The position numbers and the translations under genes were made by a program. The notes below the pieces were generated by a model, which made no database searches, had not been told where the DNA came from, and saw nothing but the letters and a program-made list of their open reading frames with translations. Shown here piece by piece: positions 1 through 13,100 of a stretch of DNA of 64,000 nucleotides. The stretch is from Macrostomum lignano. Lineage: Eukaryota. Where the stretch lies: contig NIVC01000263.1 in NCBI GenBank assembly GCA_002269645.1, forward strand, positions 62,001 through 126,000. Reading direction: 5' to 3'. Numbering within the stretch: the stretch's first letter is position 1; each line of letters begins with the position of its first letter.

Positions 1-577
1 GATATCTGCTTCCAAAGTGTGCTTTCCGTGAGTCATTCATCATCCGTACCAAGACCAACCAAAACTTTGACTTATCACTCCGTCTCTATGCTTCAATCAT
101 TTGCTCTGAAACTTCTACCACTTCTTGACGCATGTCTCAGCTTTGCAGTGACACCTTAGACACATGTCCTACTTTTGTATTTCCCGGGATATCTGCTTCC
201 AAAGTGTGCTTTCTGTGAGTCATTCATCATCCGTACCAAAACCAACCAAAACTTTGACTTATTGCTCCGTCTCTATGCTTCAATCATTTGCTCTGAAACT
301 TCTACCACTTCTTGATGCATGTCTCAGCTTTGCAGTGACACCTTAGACACATGTCCTACTTTTGTATTTCCCGGGATATCTGCTTCCAAAGTGTGCTTTC
401 CGTGAGTCATTCATCATCCGTACCAAGACCAACCAAAACTTTGACTTATCGCTCCGTCTCTATGCTTCAATCATTTGCTCTGAAACTTCTACCACTTCTT
501 GAGGCATGTCTCAGCTTTGCAGTGACACCTTAGACACATGTCCTACTTTTGTATTTCCCGGGATATCTGCTTCCAAA
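1..577 (+). repeat. Left inverted-repeat arm: at least 3.1 tandem copies of a 187-bp unit
   Basis: GATATCTGCTTCCAAA recurs at 1, 188, 375 and 562; the units are near-identical. Confidence 0.95.
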
Positions 578-1304
578 TTGTGCGTTCCGTGGGTTATGTC
601 TATATATCTCTCGCTGCGTCTTTTGCTCAAGCATACTACGAGACACGCGATCAAACACATGATTGGTTTGCATATTTCTCGAGATATTTTTTGAGCTCTT
701 TGGTTTCAAAATGACACCTTTAGATAGAGTCAGCTAGCTTTTGTGTTATTCCTGAACAATGTCTGTTTCTTGGCGAATCCGGTGGCAAAAAGTATATTGT
801 CGACATAAGTTTTTTGTAAAGTATTACAAGCAGTTTCTCGAAACAAAAAACAATAACTCATTAAGAACAACTGTATTTGTGTAAATGTCTTGTACTATGT
901 ATAGATTATTGCAGTTACTATTGTAGTTGAGGGGAAAGAACAAATGGTCGTATGAATAAAGTGAGTAGTTGCTCAAACTCGGCGAGATTCTCAAATCAGT
1001 ATGAATAAAATGAGTGCGTCCTCCTGAGCAAGTGCTCAAAATCGAAAACCAGTAACGAAAACCAGCGGTCGCACTTTACCTGTTACCGCCATACAAAAGT
1101 GGCCTATCTAGGGAATATAAGATCTATGATTCATATGAACATTGAGCAACTGCTCCAGATCAGAGCAGTTGCTCGAGTTCGAGCTTTTGCTCAATCTCAG
1201 AGTTTGAGGTGAAACTCGCCAGTTATTGCTCACTGTAGTCATACGGCCAAAATAAAGCTAGGAAATTTTAGGAAATGTAACTTTCGTATAAACAAACATA
1301 ACCG

Positions 1305-3255
1305 TCAGCTGTCTAAATTAATGCATGTGACACACACCTTGTTGTTCTGGTCTTGTTGTCGAGTCCAGCAAGATTTGTGAAACCAGAAGAGGCACGATGG
1401 GCACTCGATCTGCAGATTTTATACGGTATAGCTATGCCTCATACGCTCATATATACTTACATGAATTACCTTAGTGCGTCCAAAAAGTTCTTAGACACCC
1501 CTCCTATCTCTGCACATGTTCAATCGATTTTTATAAAAATTGACAAAAACATGTACCTATATGTAATGAATTCAGTGCTAAAGTTTCAGCTTAATCAGGT
1601 TGACATAGCAAAAGAAATTGATCGTTTCTAAGGTACACTAAGGTGTTAATTTTCAACGTAACTTACCCACTCAATTGTACTCGTAGAACGATTTCGACCC
1701 CGCAGCCGGGGTTCTTCTAAATGGCAACCGTGGCATGTGTTTTGCTCTGATTTTTCGTCAAAATTGGTTATTGCTGTCTTTATAATGCCTCGAGCAACGG
1801 ACAGCTTTGGCTGCACATTAGGTATAATAGTGCACCTACCAAGCAATAAATTTCTTCCAAAGAGCGAAACAAAAACGCCGCAGGAGTCGGAGTCTATTTG
1901 CTGTGTGCAAATCCGATGGGAAACTGCGAAGCATTCCCTCTGGGAGTTTTCAATGAGTGGGCCAAGACATTCGTCGACATCTGACAATAGGAGTAGCGCG
2001 CTGAAACCGTAAAACGAATTTTATAGATGCAGAGATTTGCATAAGGTGTAATAAAATAATTTTAGGCTTGGTACATTCCTTACTTCCACTTTCTTGCTAT
2101 TTCCTCCACTTCATTCTTTCTTCTTCCGCCAGTGCGCCTCATCAAGTCCAGTGAGTAGATTTTTTTCTCATCAAGAAGGATTGCTACGAGCCAAAAATGG
2201 CTCGGCGACAACATTGGAATCAGAATTTTTGTTATTTTCTAATTGTTGGATAGTGGTAAGAACAAAATGGATTGTATCGTTTCTTTAATAATTAATATAC
2301 GAGTAATTTGTATTTGCAATTGTACTTACGCTTCTTCCTGTCACGTAGTTCTGCAAGGCTTCTTTTGTCGGAAGCAGAAGATTGTTTGGGTTGTCAATGA
2401 CTGCATAAAAGTCGCTTTGCTTCATGACAACAGCGTCTTCGATTCCCCTAGCCACCGCAGCCAAATAGCCGTATACAACCTAATATGTAACAGCATACGT
2501 GTATGGTTACAAGAATGTGAAACGTACTTAGGGAATTTACTCAGATTACACAAAATTACGCTCACGGAGTAATCCAACCAACTAGATCCATCAAGAGTTG
2601 CTAGTTGATTATAAGTTACTATTGTGCCGTGAATATCTCGGAGAGTGACAAAATTAGGCTCCGGCTGTGTCGACTGCTGATTCTGAAACTGTTGCTGCTG
2701 CCGTTCTGTCTGCTGCTGTTGCTGTTGTGGGGGCTGGTCATGTTGCTGATTCTGAGACTGTTGCTGCTGCCGTTCTGTCTGCTGCTGTTGCTGTTGTTGT
2801 TGTTGTTGTTGTTGATGACGGCCCAGCTGGGTCACCTGGTCATTGGGCCTACGGGAACGGTCTGACTGCAACATGGCACAGCCAGCCGTCTTTGTCCCGC
2901 TCACCATAGGACAGGGGCCTTGCACCACCGCGTCGCCGCGTGAGTGTGCAGAGGGCATGTCGGCGAGCCTGCCACCAGGTCCACCAGGGTCTACCCCAGC
3001 AGAGGGGCCGTTATTCCAGCTTTCGTGTCCGTGGCCAGCGGACCTTCCACCCCACGCCTGACAGTCCAGCACTGGCGGCCAGCCCCGATGGGGTCTAGCC
3101 AGTGTCTGGAGCTGCTCGGAGGCCTGCTGGATGTGAGGCTGCTGTTGCTGTTGTGGGGGCTGGTCATGTTGCTGTTTCTGAGACTGTTGCTGCTGCCGTT
3201 CTGTCTGCTGCTGTTGCTGTTGTTGTTGTTGTTGTTGTTGGCGTTGCCGTACCAC
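1305..3255 (-). CDS. Transposon-encoded Ulp1/SENP (peptidase C48) domain plus C-terminal PHD finger, spliced
   Basis: Exons (minus strand) ?-2566, 2479-2330, 2238-2084, 2000-1667, 1409-1305, all GT-AG and in phase. They give LATLDGSSWLDYS/VVYGYL...ILIPMLSPSHFWLV...IYSLD...QQIDSDSCGVFV (His-Asp-Cys triad with oxyanion Gln) and CHGC...EW/IECPSCLFWFHKSC...VCVTC (C4HC3). The junction to the transposase across the Gln-rich region is unresolved. Confidence 0.8.
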
Positions 3256-3500
3256 AGCCCTATTCTCTCTTCATTTTAGCCCGTATTCGGAACTCGTTCC
3301 AAAGGGCCCGGCATTCCTCGGGCATGGCGCATAAGCCGCCCATATCCGTGATGCCGGTCTTCCTCCTGGTGTTGTCCATCACTGGGCACTTCCGTCTGGG
3401 TCTGGGTTCTTGGCAACGTATCTCGGACCATGTTCGCGGAGTGTATTGTATATAATACAATATAGACTCCCCCAGGGCGCACCACGTGGAGGTCTGGTCC

Positions 3501-5805
3501 CTAGCGCCCCTGCTGTTGCTGTTGTGGGGGCTGGTCATGTTGCTGATTCTGAGACTGTTGCTGCTGCCGTTCTGTCTGCTGCTGTTGCTGTTGTGGGGGC
3601 TGGTCATGTTGCTGATTCTGAGAGTGATAAATTATTTTTACAAAGTTCCTCGTTGTATACTTCGCTCGTCTTCTATCCCACTGCTCCTGCGCTCCTTCTG
3701 GAGTCATGGAATCGTGCTTTCTCTTTCGAGGGCAGAAAAATGGTCGAGACTTCGTTTTGTGGGCGATGTTTGCTTCTTTGATTCTGTCATGAATGAATTC
3801 TGCGTTGGATTTACAAAACATTGCGGGCGAAAGAGGCAGTTCCAGAGTTGATTTTATTCTTTTAAACCAACTTTCCACATGCGCATTAGAAAATGGGGAC
3901 TTAAACTTCACCAGCAAACAATGCCATGTAAAGGCGGCCCATAGAGGAAGGTATGGTAAATAACGCAAGATCAAAAACTCTACTATCTCTGGAAAGTAAA
4001 GCTCGTTATCATTCACATCAATGCCGCAAAAGTGATTTATCCAATATTTCTTTCTGTCATTGAAGTAGCGATAAAATGGCGATCTTCTGTGCAAGGCAGT
4101 CTCATTTTCGGAATCGGAGTCATCATCATTTGAGCAAACATTTATTTGTTGTAATTCATCGTCGGAACTCGAGGAGTCTGAACCACTACCAGAGACTGAG
4201 CCGTCATAGGACAGACGTGTATGAGCATTGGCCGACTGTAAAGTTTCTCTCATGATGAAAGCAGTTTGGCATTGCTGTGACAATTCAGTTTGTGCTGTAA
4301 TGCATTCTGTTGCTGATTTCGAAAGAAATATGATCATTATTTTCTTGATAAAAAATTTGGCCTCCTCACTGCTTTTTGCTTGGATGACCATGGTGAAAAT
4401 ATGTATGAAGGTATCCCTAATGCGCTGCGGTACTCTACGACGCTTCAGATATCGACTAACAGAGTGGATGAGGTGATTTTTGCAAAGAACTACTCCATAG
4501 TTGTGAGGAAAGGGTTCTGAATTCTTGAAGTAACGGAACTGCATAATTAAATAAGTTTCTAAGTCACATTGTTGAAATTCAAAGCAACTGTGGATAAGGG
4601 CCCAGGAGAAATCAGTCACCCAAATGATAGGTATAGTAGACTTTTTTAAAATGGGATGCATGTTCAGTAAGTGATGACGGAAAAGCCGTAGAAAGTTGGA
4701 AATCGATACAACTGAATGATCATCGCTGACACAGTCCGCAACGGATATTGATGGAATGTTTTCTGCTGCACTGGTAACAACAGAATATAAGAATATTCTT
4801 CCGCTGCCAGCCGCCTTAGATATAATAGATCCCGTCGAGTCAATGTGCAAAGCACAGACACTGTTTTGTTTGATTATGGAAGCTAGGTAATTTAATTGCT
4901 CAGCAGAGTACATTACAACTCGAAGTGGCTCGCAGCATCTTTCTCTCAATTCCAGGCAAATATGGGTGTGAGTAATCACGTTTCAGTCCTTCCTGCATGC
5001 GAATCAATTCTATAAAAACATCTTTGTGCAGTTTCTCCTTCCTCCGAGAGCTTTTCAATACCCTTTTAAGGACATTTCTTGATTTGCAGGAGTCAAAATT
5101 CATCGCGAGAACATGCATCATATGTTTCTTTTCAAGCAAGAGTTTCCGATGGGCTTCTGTAACACCTTTGCAAGAGTCGATTTTCCTTTTTAACAAAATT
5201 TCTTCTGCTTGAGTCGTTCTCCTAAACGTTGGCGATTCAGCTTCTTTGTGGTTATAAGTTCCCTCTGCATAAACCTTCCAAACCCATCTTTCTGAACACG
5301 TGGGTTGTTCTTTCATAATAAAAGTAAATTTGCGAAGGCACCCTTTAATTTTACACGCAGCCTTAACGGTCCAAAAATTGCTTTCCGCCTTCCGAGATCG
5401 AAGAGATTTAACGTGACAGTAACCTCTCATGCGTAGACAGCAAGTCGAGATTCTACGCAGTGCTTTACAGAGGGCTTCGTTTAGGTTGGATTTCGAAAAG
5501 GAAAATTTACGCGTATTTTCTAGCTGCTTGAGGTCAACGGCTTTAATTTCTGCGGGTTCAAAATATATTTCTTGGGTATCTGTTTCTTGATCCAAAACTA
5601 AAAGGCTCTCTTTAGGAGGTGGTGTCTGGTGTCTCGACTCGTGTATATTATCTTCTTCTTCAATGCAAACTACCGTCCCAGAGCCTCCAGTTGAGGATGA
5701 TGAGTTTTCAGTATCTGATGGAGCCCCTGACGACTGTAAGGGTACATGTACATGTACTGGTGTTGGAGGTGAACTGGGTGGACTGGGTGCTTGATTGGAA
5801 TCCCG
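3501..5805 (-). CDS. MULE/NOF-like DDE transposase, interrupted by a frame change near 4950
   Basis: ORFs 4900-5595 (open upstream to a TGA at 5806) and 3501-4979 overlap in different frames. Motifs LHIDSTGSII (D1), WVTDFSWAL (D2), LCKNHL (CxxH) and NAHVESWF (E) fit a Mutator catalytic core. Further 5' coding sequence may lie at 5806-6308. Confidence 0.8.
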
Positions 5806-6638
5806 TCAAATCCAATTCCACATAAGCAATCGATTGCGAACTGTGTTGCGTAGATTGAGTCTCGCTGACAATAATAAATAAATTGCTCCTGGCGAACGAT
5901 AGTCTGTTGGAATGCCATGTTTTTTAACAGCCTCCAAAATGGCGGAACTAATCTGGAAAGTAACCAACAAACGCACAGAATAAAATGCGCGTTTCTTTAA
6001 GTCTACCATCGATCCTACATGTGGTAGACGTAGAGGCTATCCATACGGTAGTCAGCAACACGATATGTTATTTAACTTACCTCTTTCTTCAATGGGTAAC
6101 AAGAACACACAATAAACAATGTAAAAAGCAAGACTATAAGCTTCATACTGAGGTAGAGAATATATACTATTTTCCAATAATTAGTTTTTATAAATTCACC
6201 ACATTTACGCAGACATTGACAAACCAAAAAGAAACAGAATTTTTTTGACAAGCGCGTGAACGATTCTGAAATTGAAAAACTTGACATTAACTTTGCATCC
6301 ATATCCAAAGATCCACAAAATACTGCTGCTGAATTTGCTATAAGAGGTGTGTACAGTTTCTTGCATTCCTAGAGTAATTTGCTTAAACGAGGACAGTTGG
6401 AATGTACAGCAACTTCTGTGTACAGTTGTCAGTTGCAGAGAAACAAACAGCATTGATTATAGGAATAGCGCAAATTAGATGAGTGATGACTCAACATACT
6501 TAAGGTACCGATCAATGATAGCTAAAAAGTGCATTAGGAATTGACAAAACTTGCCAGTTGCAAAAATAAAGCATTAAAGACGTAGTATGAAGTCAAAGCC
6601 AGCAGTCAATTGTTCTGACTGAAACTGCAAAGTGCATA

Positions 6639-7100
6639 GAAAGCACACTTTGGAAGCAGATATCCCGGGAAATACAAAAGTAGGACATGTGTCTAAGGTG
6701 TCACTGCAAAGCTGAGACATGCCTCAAGAAGTGGTAGAAGTTTCAGAGCAAATGATTGAAGCATAGAGACGGAGTGATAAGTCAAAGTTTTGGTTGGTCT
6801 TGGTACGGATGATGAATGACTCACGGAAAGCACACTTTGGAAGCAGATATCCCGGGAAATACAAAAGTAGGACATGTGTCTAAGGTGTCACTGCAAAGCT
6901 GAGACATGCGTCAAGAAGTGGTAGAAGTTTCAGAGCAAATGATTGAAGCATAGAGACGGAGCGATAAGTCAAAGTTTTGGTTGGTCTTGGTACGGATGAT
7001 GAATGACTCACGGAAAGCACACTTTGGAAGCAGATATCCCAGGAAATACAAAAGTAGGACATGTGTCTAAGGTGTCATTGCAAAGTTGAGACATGCGTCA
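6639..7100 (-). repeat. Right inverted-repeat arm: about 2.5 copies of the same 187-bp unit in reverse orientation
   Basis: Reverse complement of the 1-577 array; the same 60-aa spurious ORF appears on the opposite strand at 6693 and 6880. Confidence 0.95.
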
Positions 7101-10100
7101 GAAACTGACAAAAAATTCATTGCTACCGTTACTTCATAAGTTCTTTGGCATGAGAATTTTTTGTAAGGAATGTGCGATAAAATTCGTTTTGACACACTTT
7201 GTATTCGTACTAATATTTTTTTCTTTAAGACATAAAATTTTTGTCTACAAAATTTTAAAGCTGAATACGGCGTCAGAGTAAGTAATGCATCCCGAAACAT
7301 AAATTCATTTTTTGTTTGAATTATCCATTTGAAGGAGAAAATATCTGTCGCAAATATCTGTCGGGGAACCCTCACATTGTGTTGAAATGCATTGGCATAA
7401 AAATTTACTTGTATGTTGGTGTTAGCCTTCATTTTTCTATTATTTATTAGCAAGCATTGCTACTAGACATATATATATATATATATTATACATATAAAGT
7501 ATTTAATTAGATAAAAAGCTTATTTTTTTAAATTCATCAAATCAATTGTTTTAAAGCTAAAAGACTATTAATGATATGCATGTGTAACCTCTTAAATTAT
7601 ATCGGCTTTTAGTGTTGGCAAAAATGCAAATTTGTTTTGTGACTTATTCCAAAATTAAGTAAGAAATCTTTTGTTTATTATTAAATTTTGGTTAAAACTA
7701 TCCAAAAGACATCAATTTTGCAGTTGACTCTTGGTCAACCATAATTTATGCTAACAAGTAGTATGAAGACACACACATCTTTTTGCCACCAGTGAACAGG
7801 CTTCTTTTTAGACGTGGGTCTTCATACTACTTGATAAACCTAGTTTTGTACCGATGAAAAAGAACTTTGAGAAGCTCAATAAAAATGTAAATCTCTACTT
7901 CTCTCATTTTCTCTCTTTGTCTGTTCTGTTTCTCTTAACTCTAATCTCTCTCTAGTCTCCCCTCTCCTCTCCTCTCCTCTAACTTCTAGCTCTCATCTTA
8001 TCTCTTATCTTCTCTTTAGTCTTATCTCTTCTCTATTCTCTTTCTCTCTCATCTGACCCGCAGCCATGAGCTGGAATCAAATCTTCTATAATAGGCTCTA
8101 GGCCTCGATATAAAAAAAATTTCTAATGACTAAAGTCTACAGAGCGTAGCAGGGTTATATACCACCTCATTAAGCTGGTTGTTTCGTCGCATGCTCCTCT
8201 TAGCATCAGCTTAAGTGCTTAGAAAGTCAGGCCAGTTTTGTGGGACATAAACATAAGCCTCGTACTCTCAACTCAATCAGATAGTACACTTAAGTTACCC
8301 TAAGGCTCTTCATTCTCCAACGGAGTTGCAAAGAAAGCTATAAATAAAGTCTCCAAAACACTGTACATACCTACTTCAGAAGCCGTATCGCCTGACTTTT
8401 TAGTCAGGGGGAGGATTGTACACATAGTGACTTGGATCTTGCACCCAACAAACTTTGTACTGGGCTTGCAATTCAAATGTGCAGTTAAAAAGCTAAATTT
8501 AATACAAAATTTTAATCATGTGACACCATTTATCGATCTAATTTCCCTTGGTCTGTGCGCGAGTCAAATGAAGCTCTATTACATGCCCTCCAAACCAAGC
8601 CGCCAAGCCTTCTCGTGTTGCCACAACCCCACTTGGAAAGGACGAGGTGTGTACATTGTATGTACGATTATTCCTTCCTTTCCTTTCCTTTCCTTTCCTT
8701 TCCTTTCCTTTCTAACCAGCTTAACTTAGCCCAATGCCAAAGCCATGCAAGCAATCGCATGCAAATGCAGATTATGCAAAGCAGTATGCAGCTTAATGTG
8801 ATGAATTTCAATGCAAAAAAGGCATTTTTTACATGAAAAAAACATCGAATAGTTATGAAATTCAAGAAATTTGTTAAATTAACTATATGGAACACTGTGC
8901 ATTGGTTTCAGTGCAAAATTCCTACCATTTTCAGTTTAAATAGCCCCGGAACTAACATAAAAGTAAAAAGTCAAGTTTTCAGTTTTTTATTGATAATTTT
9001 TTACCCAATGAACCGAATCTCTAGAAACTGCACACAAATATGCCTTGTTATGTGGGAAATCAGGCGTCATTAAAATATTGCTGTCCTATTGCGTTTTTTG
9101 CCTGATTTCAAGCAAAATATTAAAAAAATCACTACTCTAATTGATTTCCAATCACTTTTGACACATGAGCACTTGTTGCAGACACTCAAAAACTTGGTCA
9201 GTATCCGGATTTGATCTACCGTTCTTTTAAAAATTTAATCACCCATTTTTCTGGCACCCAATCAGCCAAAAATCACAAATTATCAATTTCTGATCAATTT
9301 TTCAACCTGAAAGCAGCAAAATCAGACGGCAGCAATTTAAACCAATATAGTACAGCAACTATGCTATAGAAATTCAAAATCGGCTTATTCGCACCATGTT
9401 CTAAAAATTATAATGAGCAATAATGCAAAAGTTGTGATTTTTTGAAAAATCAATTTTTGTCGATTTTCTTAGCACTGCAGAATTGCAGGGAAACAAAACT
9501 TTAGACACTTGTAGATATTTGCATTGCGCATCTAACTGCACTGCTTTGGGGCCCAAACTCAAAAAGCTTCATAGGAAAAATTGGCAAAATAATAAAATGA
9601 AGGTCATTTTTTACCCAAAAAACCCACCAAAACTGCATAAAGATGCCAAAATAAATTAAAGTGCCATATACCATTTTGTAGGAAATTTAGTTTGACAACT
9701 TTGATCCTCAGATGTCGAAGCTGTATCTCATAAGGTGTACCAGAATTTTGAGATCTCCCAGAAGCACTTTTGAAAAAATCGTCTTTCCCCTTTATTTAGG
9801 GCTTAGTAGTAAAATCTATGCACTTAAAAGTATATTCATTCGATAGTTTTAAAAGTTTTCTATCTATTGACACCTCACTCAACTCATCGGTGCAGTGGTT
9901 GCAAAACAGGAGCATTTTTTGGCGAAAAAACGTGAAATTTCAAAATGCATGGGAGTCTAACTTATTTACTCCTAAATACTTTCTAGCCCATGTCGGCCTT
10001 CGGCTGCCATGGGTAGAAATGTTTTACTCGGGTTCTCTCGCTCTCACCCGACGCCGCCCTTGGCGGCGCCGGGCTCAGCTTGTTCACTGGTGGAACTAGA

Positions 10101-10130
10101 TTGGCTAGGTTAGATGGCAGTTGCACATAT

Positions 10131-13100
10131 ATGTCTGATAACATACATGTAAGGTATTGATTTTAATGATTATAGAAATTTTCCTTTATCATGTCATAGG
10201 GTAGGTGACTTTAGCCTTAGCTCTTTGAGAAGTAACAAATTTTTAATTTATAAATAAAAAGCATAATTTTTTACAATCAAAAGCTGTATTGTCCCTTTGG
10301 ATTAAAGTATTCAAAACACATGAATTTGCTATTCAAGTTGTAAATCTGTAGTTGTAGATATAATTTTAGGCTATGTCTATACAATGTAAACAGTCTATTA
10401 TTATGTGAATATTAGAAGTAGGATAGGATCCTGATACTGCCTGGTCCCAAAAGTTGATCCTATCTGACCTCTATATGTGTTTCTACTGTATACATTAGAT
10501 AAGCATCCTAATTCCAATTCTCTCGCCAAATGTCTTTGGTCAGAATACTTCAGAGTACTGCTCAAGCATTGCCATCAGCGAGCTGAGCGCTGACGTACTC
10601 AGAGACCTGCCAACTGCTCAGCGATTTGCCCTCGATATTGGTGGCTCCCTATCCAAGATTGTCTATCAGAGCAAGAGAAAATGGCGGAAAACCTTTGTTG
10701 TTTACGACGAGAATACAGATTCTCATCTGTACAGCACGCAGGAGTTGGAGAAGGAGGCCGACTGCTTGCATTTCATCAAATTTGAGACTCGCCTGCTCGA
10801 GAACTGCCTAGACTTTATCTATGATAATCTGAAGGTGAGTAGCTGGACTGGTGGCTGAGACTAAGTCCTGTTGGTTTAGGTTACACGCTAGCGAGTTAGT
10901 GGGCATTATATCATATTGCTGGATTTCCCATTGGCTAGATGCCCCCATAGGCTAGATATCCCCAATAAGGTAGATATCCCTAATTGGCTAGATGTCCCCC
11001 ATAGGCTAGATATCCCCAATAAGGTAGATAGATATCCCTAATTGGCTAGATGTCCCCCATAGGCTAGATATCCCCAATTAGGTAGATATCCCTAATTGGC
11101 TAGATGTCCCCCATAGGCTAGATATCCCCAATTAGGTAGGTATCCCTAATTGGCTAGATGTCCCCCATAGGCTAGATATCCCCAATTAGGTAGATATCCC
11201 TAATTGGCTAGATGTCCCACAGATGGCTAGATATCCCTAATTGGATAGATATCCCTAATTCGCTAGATATCCCCCATAGGCTAGATATTCCCAATAGGCT
11301 AGATGTCCCCAATAGGTTAGATATCCCTAATTGGATAGATATCCCAAATTGGCTAGATATCCCAAATTGGCTAGATATCCCAAATTGGCTAGATATCCCA
11401 AATTGGCTAGATATCCTAAATTGGCTAGATATCCCCAATTGGCTAGATATCCCAAATTGGCTAGATATCCCAAATTGGCTAGGTATCCCAAATTGGCTAG
11501 GTATCCCAAATTGGCTAGGTATCCCAAATTGGCTAGATATCCCCAATTGGCTAGATATCCCAAATTGGCTAGGTATCCCAAATTGGCTAGATATCCCAAA
11601 TTGGCTAGATATCCCAAATTGGCTAGATATCCCCATAGTTGATCATAAAAATATTGCCTAACAAATTAAGCGCTACCCCCTTCTCAGGGCTCTGACGGCA
11701 GAGGCTTGGAGATCCTAAGAAATTCTCCGCTTCGCGTCACAGGCGGCGGCGCCCACAAGTACAGATTGGCGATCGAGGCCAAGCTCGGCTGCGTGGTTGA
11801 GAAAGAGGACGAGATGACCTGCCTTGTCAGAGGCTGCGCTTTCATGCTCAAGCACATACCTGGCGAGCTATTCTCTTATGAGCACGACAGCAGCCCGCCG
11901 TGCTGCTTCGCCGATGAACTGTCGGACGGTGGGGAGCCGTTCCTATTGGTTAATATCGGCTCCGGGGTTTCTATGCTCAAGGTAACGCATTTGATTGCTG
12001 CTTTTATAGGGAATACAATCTACTAGGTCAATTTTTATGGCGCAGGCTCTGTTATGAGATTTGGGTTTGTATTGGATCATAGGATTTGGGCTGGGATTAA
12101 TAGCATGGGATTTAGGTTGGGATTCGGGATCTTGGGATTTGGGATCATGGGATTTAGGTTGAGATTCGGGATCATGGGATTTAGGATCATGGGATTTAGG
12201 TTAGGATTGGGGATCATGGGATTTAGGTTAGGATTGGGGATCATGGGATTTAGGTTAGGATTGGGGATCATGAGATTTAGGTTAGGATTGGGGATCATGA
12301 GATTTAGGTTAGGATTGGGGATCATGAGATTTAGGTTGGGATTCGGGATCATGGGATTTGGGATCATGGGATTTAGGTTTGGATTGGGATCAATAGCATG
12401 GGATTCATGATTGGGGATTGGGGATCAATAGCATGGGATTCAGATTGGGATCAATAGCATGGGATTCAGATTGGGATCAATGGTGTGTGGTTTAGATTGG
12501 GATCAATAGCATGGGATTCAGATTGGGATCAATAGCATGGGATTCAGATTGGGAGACAGATTGGGATCAATAGCATGGCAGATTGGGGATCATATTCGGC
12601 TTCAGCTCGAATCCCTGCCACTCGTCACCAGGTGGAGAATGAGACTACATTCACTCGAATCGGCGGTACATCCCTTGGCGGTGGCACATTCTGGGGCCTC
12701 GGCTCCCTGCTGGCCGGCACGTCCGACTTTGATGAACTGCTTGAAATTGCCTCGCAAGGCGATCACCGCAACGTTGACATGCTGGTTGGCGACATCTACG
12801 GCAGTGAGAGCGCCAGCAGCGTTCATGGCTTGTCGGCCGACATCATCGCGTCTTCCTTTGGCAAGGCGTCCAAGTGAGTGGAGCAGCTTGATTTGGCAGT
12901 TGAACAGATTCTATTGTGAACAGTTGCGGCAGACAATTCGGAATCCCACTGGTTCAGTGCGGACAATTCGGAATCCCACTGGTTCAGTGCAGACAATTCG
13001 GAATCCCACTGGTTCAGTGCGGACAATTCGGAATCCCACTGGTTCAGTGCGGACAATTCGGAATCCCACTGGTTCAGTGCGGACAATTCGGAATCCCACA

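Larger units (their letters stand above)
1..7100 (-). mobile_element. Foldback (FB-NOF-like) Mutator-superfamily DNA transposon; left end lies outside the window, right outer end not fixed
   Basis: Tandem 187-bp units at 1-577 and their reverse complement at 6639-7100 enclose a minus-strand DDE transposase and Ulp1/PHD exons. No TSD can be checked because the left terminus is missing. Confidence 0.8.

Noticed and set aside
164-533. Repeated 60-aa ORFs (also at 6693-7062)
   Set aside because: They are by-products of the 187-bp repeat unit, with no protein-like features.
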